From positions 372,001-436,000 of the forward strand of contig NW_002060967.1 in assembly GCF_000150275.1 (NCBI RefSeq): 64,000 bases of DNA, written 5' to 3'. Of the stretch, positions 41,930-56,488 are shown one piece after another (the stretch's first letter is position 1; each line of letters begins with the position of its first letter). The position numbers and the translations under genes are program-made. This DNA is from Trichoplax adhaerens (taxonomy: Eukaryota; Animalia; Placozoa). The notes under the pieces were generated by a model. That model saw nothing but the letters and a program-made list of their open reading frames with translations, did no database searches and was not told the DNA's origin.

Positions 41930-42790
41930 CTGTATCTATCCAATCATAGCTTAGGTGGAAATATCTCAACATTACTCATTTCCTTCCTCCTAGTTCAACC
42001 AGAAATAGATCAAGACTCTCTTTTCATCTATTTCTAACTGCTCCGTCGAATCAAAAAAAAATTGATTAAGGCATCGGTTGTTCACCCTAGAACAGACGTA
42101 ATATCCTTCACTACTATATCTATCTAGGCACTTATCAAACCATAACTTAGCTGGAAATATCTCAACATCACTAGTTTTACATCATCCGAGTTGAAGCAGA
42201 AATAGATCAAGACTCTCTTTTCATCTATTTCTAACTGCTCCTTCGAAATAAAAAAAAATTGATTGAGACATCGATGCTCCATCATAGAATAGTTGTTCTA
42301 TCCTTTACGATTGTCTCTATCAAACCCCAGCTTAGCTGGAAATATTTCAACATCTGTAGTTGAATATCATCCGAGTTGAAGCAGAAATCGATCAAGACTC
42401 TCTTTTCATCTATTTCTAACTACTCCTTCGAATCCCCAAAAATTAATTGAGACATCGATACTCCATCATAGAATAGTCGTTCTATCCTTTACGACTGTCT
42501 CTATCAAACCACAACTTAGCTGGAAATATTTCAACATCTGTAGTTGAATATCATCCGAGTTGAAGCAGAAATAGATCAAGACTCTCTTTTCATCTATTTC
42601 TAACTACTCCTTCGAAATAAAAAAAAATTGATTAAGACATCGATGCTCCATCATAGAATAGTTGTTCTATCCTTTACGATTGTCTCTATCAAACCCCAGC
42701 TTAGCTGGAAATATTTCAACATCTGTAGTTGAATATCATCCGAGTTGAAGCAGAAATCGATGAAGACTCTCTTCTCATCCATTTCTAGCT
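41930..42790. repeat. Tandem array, ~185-bp unit, ~5 copies, with internal inverted repeats
   Basis: CTTAG(C/G)TGGAAATAT at ~41950, 42146, 42331, 42515 and 42700. Confidence 0.93.
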
Positions 42791-43993
42791 ACTTGATAAC
42801 AAATACGTTATTTACCATACTCTTATAAAGGATGCAATCATAATAAAAGTACAAGGAGATTCTTCCAGTATCCTCCTTCCAACTATTTCCTATGAAAGCC
42901 ATTGCAGTCCAGGCTGCTGTATCCCCCTAATCCTAGACCTAAACGAATCATAACAGAATTTGATTTTTCATCGCCGCTAGTCGACTCTAATGGTAAAACA
43001 TCCATCACCTCCTATAAGTGATATAAAAGATGGAAAAGAAAAATACTACTCAAGTATAGAAAGAGTATAAAAAATTGGGACAAGTTATTGTTCTCCTACC
43101 AAGCCAAACGATTTCTATAGCTAGTAATGAACATCTTCTCATCAATAAAGTCTCCCATCCATTTGTAATGGATGGACTAGTGAAGAAGAAGACTGACTTA
43201 ATAGAGTATGGCGGCCGACAGTATTGAGTCTCTTGAAGGCTGGAAAAGCCTATACGATACTATAGATGAGTCAAGCAAGAGACGATTTTATAAGTGCCAT
43301 CGTATCAAAGAGACAATCATTCATTATGGTACAATAACAACGATCACGTGATAACCAACACCACCAGCGCCTATTGTTCACAAAGAATAGATCTTGTTTA
43401 GTTCTGACGCTCTAAATCACTTAATTTCCTTATGGCTCATCGCTGTGTTATAGAGCGCTTGGAAAGACAAATTAAATCGTGATATCAATTCATTTTGCAT
43501 TTATTCCACTCTTAAATAATCTCCTTACTCTGGTTCATCATCTTAGTGAGATAAATACTTCCACTGACAAGGCAATTGAATATTGAAGTATTGATACAAG
43601 GTGCTACTAGGTAAGGTTCCAATTTACAAATCGACACCTTCATGTTCGTATATCTGTTTTAGTCGCTGTTTATTAGTATGTAAGCTAGCCATTTTATCCA
43701 GTATATTAGAATCTTTCCTGTAAGAATAGATAGAATTTCACGGAAGAGTGAATGGCACTATGGACACTTGTACAATGTACAGTTATTTGTATGGTATGCT
43801 TCAGTTTGAATCATGCATGCAGTGACGGACAATATCAAATTCTTTCCTGAAAAAATTCATCGAACATAGGGAATAGATCAACAATCCTTCTCTACTGTAG
43901 TGTAGAACGGTGTAGCAACTCATAGATGTTATATAAAATATCACCTATAGCGATAACAACGACATCAAATAGGCTATCAGTGTGAAATTTACC

Positions 43994-44485
43994 NNNNNNN
44001 NNNNNNNNNNNNNNNNNNNNNNNNNNNNNNNNNNNNNNNNNNNNNNNNNNNNNNNNNNNNNNNNNNNNNNNNNNNNNNNNNNNNNNNNNNNNNNNNNNNN
44101 NNNNNNNNNNNNNNNNNNNNNNNNNNNNNNNNNNNNNNNNNNNNNNNNNNNNNNNNNNNNNNNNNNNNNNNNNNNNNNNNNNNNNNNNNNNNNNNNNNNN
44201 NNNNNNNNNNNNNNNNNNNNNNNNNNNNNNNNNNNNNNNNNNNNNNNNNNNNNNNNNNNNNNNNNNNNNNNNNNNNNNNNNNNNNNNNNNNNNNNNNNNN
44301 NNNNNNNNNNNNNNNNNNNNNNNNNNNNNNNNNNNNNNNNNNNNNNNNNNNNNNNNNNNNNNNNNNNNNNNNNNNNNNNNNNNNNNNNNNNNNNNNNNNN
44401 NNNNNNNNNNNNNNNNNNNNNNNNNNNNNNNNNNNNNNNNNNNNNNNNNNNNNNNNNNNNNNNNNNNNNNNNNNNNNNNNNNNNN
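43994..44485. other. Assembly gap (492 N)
   Basis: Run of N. Confidence 1.
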
Positions 44486-44508
44486 ATTATTGGTCTATTG
44501 TTGGACAG

Positions 44509-47500
44509 TTGGATCAAATAACTATCAAACGCAAACCATTAAAAACACTAACGCACCTAAATGGGACGAATTTGTCGATGTAATCGATTCATTAATGATA
44601 TCACTTTCTAATCTAGAATATTCTATACCACATCCATACATACCCGCATAAGAATTACTAAAATAATTTCATTATTTTATATTTCTTTTTACTGTGTTTC
44701 AGTTCATCGTTCATATTCGATATGGACAGAGCCTTATCGTTAATGTGCAAGATCATGACACAGTGACAGAAGATGATTTCCTTGGAACGTAAGTCCCTTC
44801 CCTTTGAATTGATTCAGTCTGTCGTAGAAAGACTCCATGGTGACATCTTTACCAGTTTAGCCTTACTTACTGCAGATTGTCCCCATTATTTACCATTTAC
44901 TATCATGCCGGTTCAAAGATTACTCCTCTACATTAAGATACCAGAGGAGTGTTCTACCATGATCCATGATTATACATCCGTAGACTTTATTTTATGGCTA
45001 CTGTCATGACTATACTGTAAAATGAATTTAGGACTAAAGCTAGAAATGCAGTCAACATGACGGAGACGCAAAGAATAGTATCAACCTCTGATGGGTAGGA
45101 AAGAGGGAAAGAACACGGACTTTTCAACAGTAGTCCTTCTTCTCCCATGTCCTACTTGCTGCATAATGATGATATTGGTAGTATTATGCCTTAAATCACC
45201 AAAATTATAGAGATAGATTCACGATGAAGGAAGGAGTTTATTAACGGGCTAATTACTGATCGTTACTCCGGCAGTTAGCGGCACAGAATGAATACGTAAT
45301 AATAGGGATAAGGCTTAGTTATGCCAGGGGCTTCTGTACTAAAAATTCTCCCTCAAAAAGCCGTAACTAAAAAAATTTCCCTTCTACTCAAACTACAACG
45401 AAGAATTCTCCCTCAAAGGCCGCAGCTAATTTTCAGTCACGGCTTTCGAGAAAGAATTCTTCGTTGAGTAGTTTCTGCCTCCATACGGACGTAATAGAAA
45501 GGCTTTCGATGCAGTTGTCTGTGATTGGCTATCATGCTCAGTACAAGATAGTTACAAACGTACTACGACACTCGATCTCCCTCAAGTCACTCAACCGATT
45601 CTTTTTTATATTCACTGGCCTCTTTGAAATAGTTTTAGCACTATTTCTCCTCCACCACCTTCCAGGTTATACTTGCTGCATTGATGATACTTGTCCGCTA
45701 AAATCATTGAGCAAATTTTTATTTTATTCCCTCTCTTTAAAATACTACTAGCATTGTAAGGAAGTAACTTTAGTAGCACTAATATTAATTTCAAGAGGTC
45801 AACATTTTGTTGAGAAATTCCTGAAAAGAGGACGATGTGATCAGACGTGACATACTGATTTCGAATGACAGCAGTCGGGTGACCGGTGTCGGCTGACTTT
45901 TACGGTTGAATAGGTCGGGTCATCCATGACGGCTGATCCATATAATAATGACTGTTCAGTTCTGACCCTTCAGATTTCAACTTGGATAGTCATTGTTGCC
46001 ATGGAGCAGCAATTCATAGAATAAGTAAAAATGGAGTCCTGTACAGCGTGTTTAACTTCGTTTTAGAATTTCCAGGTAAAAAATCGACTTCCTTTATTGC
46101 AATTAAAATGACTTAATATTATATGTGCTGGTAGATGAAGGTTCAGTAAATATTACTATACCAATAATTCATATTAGCTACATGCTGGTATAAAATCTAT
46201 AACGTTTTGATATTGATAGTAGCATTTAAATAAAATTCTTATAATCTAAAGCGAATGTAAAAACGCTGTAGAAAGTCAATCAATCATTCAGTAAGACGAC
46301 ATCGATGGAAAATGGAATGAAAGAATCATTTCATCATAAATTCAATACTCAGAATAAAACATGCTGGCCAATGTTGTATCATGATTCATAATGTCAAACT
46401 ATTCTATCTTCACCTAGAGTCAAGTTAGATGTCAACTTTCTTGCTCAAAAGAAACGAACAAATACAGTGAGTCATTGCAAAGAAATTACTGTCATCGTAG
46501 GCTATCACGGATAGTTTACGAACCTTTTTACTGTATAATCTGCAAATTTGAGCTCAAAATGGATGACATTTCATTTCCATCTATTTTGCGATTTATTTTT
46601 AATAGTGGTTTCCATTGAAAAATGTCGATAAAGGAGAAGTTCGACTGGATATAGTATGGCTTTCTATTTCTGATAGTGTCGAAGATTTACAGCTGGAAGC
46701 TGGCGTAAGTCGATTAATCTGGAAATCGTTCAACTGCTACAGTAACTAGAGTAAAAAGTTGAAGTTACAAGTCGATTAGTCCTAGAATCTCTAGTGTACG
46801 AGTATTGACGCGTATTGTGGAATAATTAACACGTAGTGCTACCGCCATGTTAAGATATAGCACTGTAGCTTAGCTGATTACGGTGTTATATATAGATTAA
46901 AACCCATACATGATAGGGATATCTGTCAAAAAGCATATAAAAAAGTGTGGAATCGAATAGCGATGTATTGAAACTTTCCGTTATTATCATCTTGAAATAT
47001 AATAACAGGACTGCAAGGAACCCAAGCAACAATTTCCTCATGCTCTTTTATTGACCAACGTTTTAAACGGCAAATTAGCTACAGTAAGTCAACAATTGTA
47101 AAACTAGTTGATGATTTCATTCGAGAGACTACCTGTGCATCATTCCTATCACTTTAGGAACGTCGAACCTACTGTAAAGTTACCGTTGGCAACAGTACAT
47201 TTACTAGCAAGGTAAGATAACTAAAGTTAACTAAGGCAGTATCACGCATTATACTCTATGTTTATAATTTTAATTTACTGCTTAAGTTAAAACACTTTGA
47301 TAAACAAGTTCCTTTTATTGAAAATTTTTAAAACAGTCTTATTATTTTTCTATCTATGTCTATTTGCAGCCTACAAAACGAAAAACCAAAGTACCAAGAT
47401 GGGATGTTCAATATAAATTTCTTATTACCAATCCACAGAAAGAAGAAGCAATCTTCGAGGTCTGTTACGTTATAATAGCGCCATTAGCTACAAATAAGCT

Positions 47501-49560
47501 ACACGTATACAGTAAATTGGCAGTTAGCGCTAGTAATGACTTACAGACATTATACAGCACTGTATATGCGGTAATTAATTACTGCATCATGGTGGAAATA
47601 AGCTATTTGTAAAATTTCTTTTTTACCGCCAGATGTTTGAATTTGATTCTAACAATGCTTTGGGAAAAGTTATCGTGCCTCTTTCGGAGCTATTAAAGGA
47701 TGATGACAAAATGACTTTAGATTCAACCTTCCCATTGCAAGGTGGTGAATCAGATAAAGATGATAGTCTACACCTGGAAATAATCTTACGAGTAGGTGTC
47801 TAGTCTAAAAATGATTATTATCAACCTAAATTTTTACATGATCTAATGAAATGTCTCAAAATGAACATAGCAAGGACTTTGATTTTTTTGTTGATTTCAT
47901 TTCATTACGTAATTTGTTTATTTACTGGGAATTATCTGTATCTATCTCCGTTTATTGACTATTAGACACTTGCACTCTCTTATAATTAATCTAGCTTTCA
48001 AGCATGATCTATTTTGGAACTGCAGTACACATCATTACAGTAAATACCAGTCGTAATCGTACAACTAGCCGTATATTTGTAAATAAATTCCATTATGAGT
48101 TCTCGCTATAAATCTCAGCATACAAGTTATAACAGTACATTTTTGGAGTTTAAAAAATAAATTAGTCTAATAAATGCAAGCTATTGCACAGTATATACAC
48201 ATCTCAAGTTATTCTGTAGACAATTCTTCCCAAAATCTTAGAATGACTTTACCAGATATCACTGCTTAAGCTCGATTAAAAGCGAAAAGGTGCACGATAC
48301 AGTAGATTTCCACCGATTTTAACGGTATGCTAGTTCGTCAGTACTACCTTATCATACGAGTATATGGCAATCTAAAACTACATAAAATTACTAACACTAT
48401 TGTAATATACGTATTTAGCTATACCAAAGACTTGAATTATTTTATCTATATCGCTGTAACACTGAACTGCATTACAATGCTGTACTTGTGCTAGTCAAAA
48501 ATTCAAACTAATTTTGTTATCAATTAGGTTCTATACTACGAAGGCGAGGATCTTTCTAGTGATGAAGAATTGCCATCTGATTCAGAAAATGATCATGCCG
48601 GGGATTTAGCTAAACCCGATGGTTCAGATATTGCACCAAGAGGGAGCGTTCAACTTACTATACAAGAAAGTAGTTCCAATTCGAGTTTACTAGTTTTAGT
48701 ACATTCTGCTTCGTAAGTAATGAAAAATTTACTTAGAATCTTATATTAACTGATACGTAAATAGTAGAACTAATATTCGAAGTAGAATGATGAAATTACC
48801 AACTTCAATTGATACAGTGTAACCTTGAGCATTTCGTATATCGTTATGATTTCCAGAAATCTACCAGCTATGAATCAAAGTGGTAGTATCGACAGTTACG
48901 TCAGAGCTTATTTATTACCAGATCGCGGTAAAGACGATAGAAAGCGCACTTCGACAGTCAATAGTGACCAAAATCCAGCTTTTGGAGAAACGTAAGTATT
49001 TGCTAAACTTTTCATAAGAATCAAGCTTCTATCAAAATTTTATTCTTGTAAGTTGCATAAACATTCAACCTGCATTTTTATCAATTTAGATTCGAATTTC
49101 CTGTTACATACGAGGAAGCTAAATCTCGCACATTAGAAGTTGCCGTTAAATCTGTCACACCAAATAAAACTGTTGGGAGGGTAATTTAAAATGCTTCAAT
49201 AAACATTCGAATCTTTTACGTAACTCGATGTACACTATAGTACTGCTAGTTTAAAATGGATTGATCCTGATACTTAATGCTGTAAATATCTATAATATAT
49301 GCCTAAGATACTGAATTCTGTCATAATGCATTTACTACAGGTTCTTATTAATCTTTCGACTGTTAACATTGCCGCTACAACTACAGCATGGTAAGTTTTA
49401 TCTTTAAATAGCAATAGTAAATGAAATTAACTAGATATGATTCTGTAGCATCGTAGTATGCCATTAATACGTACCCAAAGTTGATCAAATCAACATCGGA
49501 ATACGAAGGTTTAATCAATCAAATATGCTAACAAATAGGTACGCCTTAAGTCCGCCATGA
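44509..49560 (+). CDS. ESYT: Extended synaptotagmin, 3' part (second half of C2A, C2B, C2C); 5' exons not visible
   Basis: Exons read GSNNYQTQTIKNTNAPKWDE, LIVNVQDHDTVTEDDFLG, WFPLKNVDKGEVRLDIVWLS, YCKVTVGNSTFTSK, VPRWDVQYKFLITNP, LGKVIVPLSELL...MTLDSTFPL, RGSVQLTI, DSYVRAYLLPDR...KRTSTV..DQNPAFGETFEF...RTLEVAVK and TAWYALSPP*. Confidence 0.88.
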
Positions 49561-50593
49561 TGACTGATACTGATACCGCTCTAAAGAACACTTACGGATT
49601 ATTACTTAAAGGCAAAATGAAATGTAGCATTATCTAAATAGCAAACTAGACCTATGCCATCGTAGAAAATTGTTATACAAATTATCAACATTTGTCCTTA
49701 ATTAATGCTACCTGATATTTACGCTTGACTAATTAGAGATAGGAATATTCAACATTAATTAAATATTAATAGCAAATTTATCAAATAGATATGATAATTG
49801 AAGGATTACATTACTCTTAAAATAAGTTAAAGCTATAAATTAGATAGGGATTTATCGTAATTGGCTTATATATTGTAGCTATTACTATGGTGGATGTTGT
49901 ATCCATTTCCTTGTTTAGGATGTTTACTCTACTTCTAGGACTAATTCAATCATGACCGTACGTTAGCCTAATATTGAAATTTATCTTTCATTTATTGTCG
50001 TACTAGTAAAAGCGTTTAATTAGGAAAATAACCGGTGATACGTTGTCAACCCTTACTATCATTAAATCACGTATACCAATTTCATTTATTTTGGTGTTCC
50101 ATTTCCTTTAACGGTTATTCTCTCTTCTGCCTGTGATGTTATCAGATGTGCTAATCAATTTTATGCGTTACAAAATATCAATAAATAATAATACAACAAT
50201 GCATTTTTTTGTACATTTCTGTGATTCCCTTATGTTTTCAGTAAACACGTGTTATGAACCTGTTATGATCATTATCATGATTTTCCAAGAATTCTAACAA
50301 GTATTTCATACTGTCTGATGATTAAAAATTAATAGCGTAATATTTTTTAATGTGAATACAGATATTGACTGGGAATTAACATAGATGATCCTACCAGTCA
50401 AAATTCCACGGACTAATTATACTTTTAAACTTGACGTCATTGTAATCTGCAATATGCTCGTTTAATTAAACTATATATAAGATGATTGTTAGGCATTGAT
50501 CAGCATAAGGACTAGCAATAGTTTCTATTCCAAATCTTTACTCGAAGTAGAATTTGCTAATCAGGCTGATCAAGAAGGAGAAAATTAGTCAAG

Positions 50594-53500
50594 ATGAATG
50601 GTTGCGGTTTTAAATTTATGAAACATTTATTGTTCATCTTTAATTTTATAGTATGGGTAAGTCCTGATTGATTTAGGTCTAATTCGAAATACTTTGCTTA
50701 AAATATGACCTTTAATTCGGATTTTAACATCATAATATGCGGGGAAAAATTCCATCTCTAAAAGCACGGGCGTTTCTATCGCTAACGAATTGATTAATTT
50801 TATTTTACTTGTTATAAATACTTTCCAAGAATTAGTCGGTAACAGTTGGCGAAGATATTATAGTATTAGCACTGAAAGTGGCCAAAATTTTTTTCGAATA
50901 TAATTTTGTATCTTTTATATGGAATCGGCTAAAATTCGCTCTGACCACACCAAGATCGTGCTCATTCATGTTATTAGTCATTGTATTCAAAAGTTTTAGC
51001 TTTGTAAGCATTTTTCCTAAGTTAATATACGAATTGCTACAGGAAGCTAAAAGATCTAAAAAACTTAAACTAAGTGTAAAATAACCCCTATTTTTCGCTT
51101 GATTTATGTACATTTAATTTGATTCGATTATTTGAATATACAGTGCTTTGACATCGCTATTATACAAGATCTTACAGCTGCTATCTAATTGCTATCTGAT
51201 TGTTCCATTTAGGCATTTTACTTGTAGCTATTCCTCTCAATAATGCCTTTTTGCCTATAACAATCATAGTTTTTGAGGGTTACTGTAAAAGTGAGACTTC
51301 ATCTGCGGCAGTTAGACATCGTTAGATTAATGTATTGTGCTATATCTATATCACTCGTTGAAAAACAGAGTGTTGAATATTAGACTGTATTGAGATATTT
51401 TTGTTGCAATTGCCAACTTATATGCGAAAAATAGTATCCAGTATTGCTATAAAATTTGCTTGTGATATAAGTTTATAATTAATAGGCAATAGAACTTTTT
51501 CGTTAGAGATTGATTAGATTAGAAAAATCGCCTATACGGGTCCCTGTATAGTAATACCATTGCTTACTGCTATAGTATTCTACTAATATTAATATTCCAG
51601 AGCAGGTGATCATGGTCCAGCACTAGCACTATTAAACAGATGTTTTTAATGATGACAAAAGAAATTATAATTTTATTAAAGTTAACTAACGACACTGTCA
51701 GTCCAGTTAATAGCTAAGACCACATTGTAAGAACAGAAGTTGATTGAAACGGCAATCAATCCTGCAATTGTGTAATTTTAAGTGAGATTACTTAGTAATT
51801 AATTATATGTAATAACCAGTGAACCTATTTATGACTTCGAAGTAATCCTGAGTGTCTAATATTTGCTACGAAAACTCGACCTCATATTTTTCAGGTTATA
51901 TCATACACGTACACCACATATGCACAAGTTTTTATCCCATAATTTCTTGAAGAGCATATAAATCATTAGCATTTTATCTCGTACAGGATATACACGCTAA
52001 TAAGTACTGATTTTATGTTAAATTGCAACCGGTGGCAAAAAGGATTGTTCTTGTAATTATATTTCTTCGTAAATTTAATTCCATAAAATAAAGTTAGTGT
52101 AGCTAATATATGCTCAAATCAATCTTTGAGACAATTTGGAAGCTCTTAATTCAGAGGTCACGCATTCGATCCTCCTAATACTACTGTCCTTGTCAATCAC
52201 ATTGCATAAATAAATTCCGCTCAGGATATCGCTAAATTTCTGCTTTATACTGACATAAGTACGTTTAACATAGCAATATTAAACCATAGAGTTATCAGTT
52301 TACGTGTCGATTTTTTTATTTTGTTTACAATATAAATTCCATTTTAGCATTTATAACATTTTATAAGTGCTGTAGACAGGTACATATATCAGTGTCTAGA
52401 TTAAAAATTAAAGTAAAGTATCTAATTGGTTCTAATAAAATTGTTTCCAATAGATATTCGGCGGTGCTATTCTTGGCTTAGCAATATGGCTAAGAGTAGA
52501 TGGTAACTCATTGGGTGTCTTAGTTGATGAATCATGGTATGTTGCATCATATATCATGATGGGAGTTGGCGGTGTTATTTTCCTGATTGCTTTTATGGGC
52601 TGCTTTGGAGCCATTAGAGAATCTACATGTTTACTTGGAATGGTTAGTCTTAAAGTAGATTGTATCATCAATATGAACGCCCTGCAATTTGCTTCTTTTA
52701 AGGATCAATTTCTAGTTATGATTGATATTGCATCTATTATATCAACATTAATTATTTCTTTACATACAAAATCGTAATAGCTTCGAATATAATTTTAACT
52801 TTTAATGTACAGTATCTGGTAACGTTCTTCAATAAGCACTAAAAATGTCAATTATTTTTTAGTACTTCGCCTTCATGTTGGTTATTTTTATTGCTGAAAT
52901 TGCTGGTGCAATTTACGCTGGTGTAAATCGTCTAAGGGTAATTCTAAGTATTCCTTAAAGTGATTTTAAGAAATATGTTGGTTTTTACTAGTAAAACATA
53001 TAGCTCATTTTTCAGTTATTTGCCATAATTTAGTTGCTGCAGTCCTTAGCATTTTATATAGCAAGAATTCAATTAGAATACTCTGTATTTCAGTTTTAAG
53101 CTTTTTCTAGTGACTAATGCATGTGCTGCAAGGATACCATTCGCAAATTTCACTTAATTATGACTTCTACTAAAATAATATTGGATAGGTCAAGGAGAAT
53201 ATACATATATATATAGCAAAATGGGTTATCCCTCCAACAGTGTAGTGCTATGTTTTATTCTTAAGTCTTGATTGCATTGACTTTAATGCAAACAATACCG
53301 TCGTAGTGAGAAAGATTAATATTTTTAGCTAAGGATTTAACTTTAATAACAGCAATTTGCTTCATTCAATGTAAAAAGTTAATATTTGATTAAAGCTTGC
53401 TATAAGTAGATTGCAAAGACGAATACATTGATCATCATTTCAACTATAGTACGATTGATATAAAAAGATGTTATCATCGATATTAGAATGTAGTTAAGTA

Positions 53501-54962
53501 TAGATAGATGTAACTTTATAATTTATTAAATATTATCGCCAATGTTAATGATATCTAGATCGAAGCCGAAGTAAAAACTCGATTGACAGCTGATATTCAA
53601 GATAAATATAATCAACAAGGCTTTAATGCAATTACAAGGGCTGTGGATTATGTACAAACTTCCGTAAGTGAAGTCCTCAAAAATTCAGATATAGAAAAAT
53701 TTTTAATTCATTTTTTTCCCTATCTTATCGATATTTTAAATTATTACAGTTACTACTGTTATATCAAATGCTACTATTTATGTTCGATTAAGATTTTATT
53801 TGTTTCGCTATTATACAGTCAAGAATAATTGTATATTACTCATATTTGGCTAATGGATTTATATATGCGATACACTAATTTTAACTTACGTATAGTTGAA
53901 ATGTTGTGGAGTAACCACACCAGATAATTGGAGAGACAGCAAATTTGCTGCATCGATAACTGCTGCAACTATCAATGGGCCGCCAGTACCAGACAGTTGC
54001 TGTATATCTTCTCAAAAAAATGATTGCGGTATTCAACCTCGACCAACACCACAAGCATACAATGAAACCATATATCAACAGGTAGATCGAAAGTGTATAT
54101 ATTGAATCAATATAATTAATGGACCTCTCTAATACCGGATAGCATCATAATTGTTGTATTCATTTTCTTCCTATTGGTATCGCAATCGTCTTATTTTATG
54201 GATTAAGTAGACTATTTATTGTCGAATAAAGTAGAGTTTTTATATATAATTATTCAGTTAAAATAAGACCAATTAATGTCCATAAACTATTTAATAAATC
54301 TTACTGTTAAGAGAAATAGAATTTGAATTAGTTGGGATTACTACAGATATTAAAAATAGTACTTCAACGTTGTTTAGCTAGATTAATTGCTTAATGAATA
54401 AATTAACATCACATAATAACGTCAGAGGCTGAGTTCTACTTGAAGTAAATAAGTGGAACACGCAAGAAACATTTTTCATAAAATACATGAACGAGTAGCA
54501 TGGTAGTGCAAGACCAATACAACTGTAACGTATTTGCTGCAGTCAAACTTTTGGATTGCTTTTTATTGATGTAATTTCTTGATTTAAAATAGGGATGCTA
54601 CCCACGAATAGAACAAATTATCGATCAAAGTTTAACAATTGCTATTATTATTTTGTCCTCTGTTGCCGTGATTGAGGTAAAAAAAAATACGATGCAAAGT
54701 TTTATATAGGGACGTTTGTTGCATCTACATGTACTTTACAAATGATTCAATACTATACTACTTTTACAATTTTGTACAAAAGTAATGTTTTGATTGAAAA
54801 TTGTAGACTATCTCAAATGTTAAGAATGATTCATTCTTACTTGAGTCAAAGTTATCGAGGTACCTTGACTAAAATCGTTTGTATGCATTATTCTAGGTTC
54901 TTGGCATGACATTATCCATGGCGTTGCTAGTTGCAATTCGCCGCGGTCATGGAACAGTTTAA
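50594..54962 (+). CDS. Tetraspanin (copy 1), 7 coding exons
   Basis: MNGCGFKFMKHLLFIFNFIVW | IFGGAILGLAIWL...FMGCFGAIRESTCLLGM | YFAFMLVIFIAEIAGA | ...VDYVQTS | LKCCG...VPDSCC...C | GCY | VLGMTLSMALL. Four TM segments and the CCG/PxSCC/GC motifs are present. Confidence 0.95.
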
Positions 54963-55896
54963 GCAGTTACTTTTGAAAGGGATAATAAATCAGTCATTTA
55001 CTTGCTATAGCTATTATTAGTATCAGTTCTATACAATTTCGCGCAAAGATGTTGTGCAAATACATGTAGGTAATTTTAGGTATTACTTTCTCTACTCTAG
55101 CGTTTCGTGATATGCAATCGTCAACCTAATCAGTCTACTGAAGTTTAATAAAATTACAGAAATTACCTTGGTTAGAATTATAAGAAATGCAATCAACGGT
55201 TGTGCATGCTGCAAAATGAATCATGTCATTGTTGATGTAGCTTAATTGAATGAAAGGGTTCCATCACAGCTGTGCAGTAGTGGATTGGCAATAATTCTTG
55301 TTTCATATACAACTGGTTAAAGTATGTTTTCCTGATTAAATGAATTTTCTGTTTCTTGAATCAGCGCTTTATTGTACTATTTATGCCAGAAAAAAAAATG
55401 GTGTAGGGATATTGCTGTCATTTGCAAAACTGTTCATCCATAATATTGAACATGGTAATGCGATATTTTATGTAGATTATTGCGTATTTTTATTTAGTGC
55501 TAAAGAATAGAGATAAAAAACAAAAGGTATTGCCTTTTAACATTTCCTATCGATCGGAAAATAGATGATATCATTGGTATTTGTAATAGGTGTAATATTG
55601 ATCACTACCACATCCAGTACTATGTGATGATGTAGTGCAATATAATCCGATTCATGTTGGAATGACAGCGGTTTCTACTTGATCTTTGGGGGGGGGGGGG
55701 GAAAGATACCGAGTAGACAAGGGAAATGGAGTGAAATGTTCCACACATTTGATACCTACTTTGATCGAAATCCATATTGGTTGCTGACAGTACAGTGTAC
55801 AATTCAAGTCTTACAAGATAGGCAAATGACCAGTAGAAGAGTCGGCCTGTACCGACTGTACTGTACGACCATTCTCTTCTCAATGCAAATTCATGC

Positions 55897-56488
55897 CTGA
55901 CCGTCCTTCTCTCTTCCGTCCTACAGTCAGGTCTACCTACAGTCCAGGAGTCCTTCTTACAGTCCAACTGTATAGTACCAGTCCGTTAGTTCTGTTCCTC
56001 TAGGAGCATTTGAGTCTGACACTCTGACGCCAGTGACCGTCCTTCTCTCCTCCGTCCTACAGTCCAGGAGTCCTTCTTGCAGTCCAACTGTATAGTACCA
56101 GTCCGTTAGTACTGTTCCTCTAGGAGCATTTGAGTCTGACACCAGTGACCGTCCTTCACTCTTCCGTCCTACAGTCCAGGAGTCCTTCTTACAGTCCAGC
56201 TGTATAGTACCAGTCCGTTAGTACTGTTCCTCTAGGAGCATTTGAGTCTGACGCCAGTGACCGTCCTTCACTCTTCCGTCCTACAGTCCAGGAGTCCTTC
56301 TTACAGTCCAGCTGTACTGTATCGTACCAGTCCGTTAGTACTGTTCCTCTAGGAGCATTTGAGTCTGACGCCAGTGACCGTCCTTCTCTCTTCCGTCCTA
56401 CAGTCCAAGAGTCCTTCTTACAGTCCAGCTGTATAGTACCAGTCCGTTAGTACTGTTGCACTAGGAGCATTTGAGTCTGACGCCAGTA
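55897..56488. repeat. Tandem array, ~112-bp unit, 5 copies
   Basis: GACCGTCCTTC at ~55899, 56035, 56147, 56259 and 56376, with internal CAGTCC sub-repeats. Confidence 0.95.

Noticed and set aside
43945-44521. ORFs spanning the N run
   Set aside because: Artefacts of the assembly gap.
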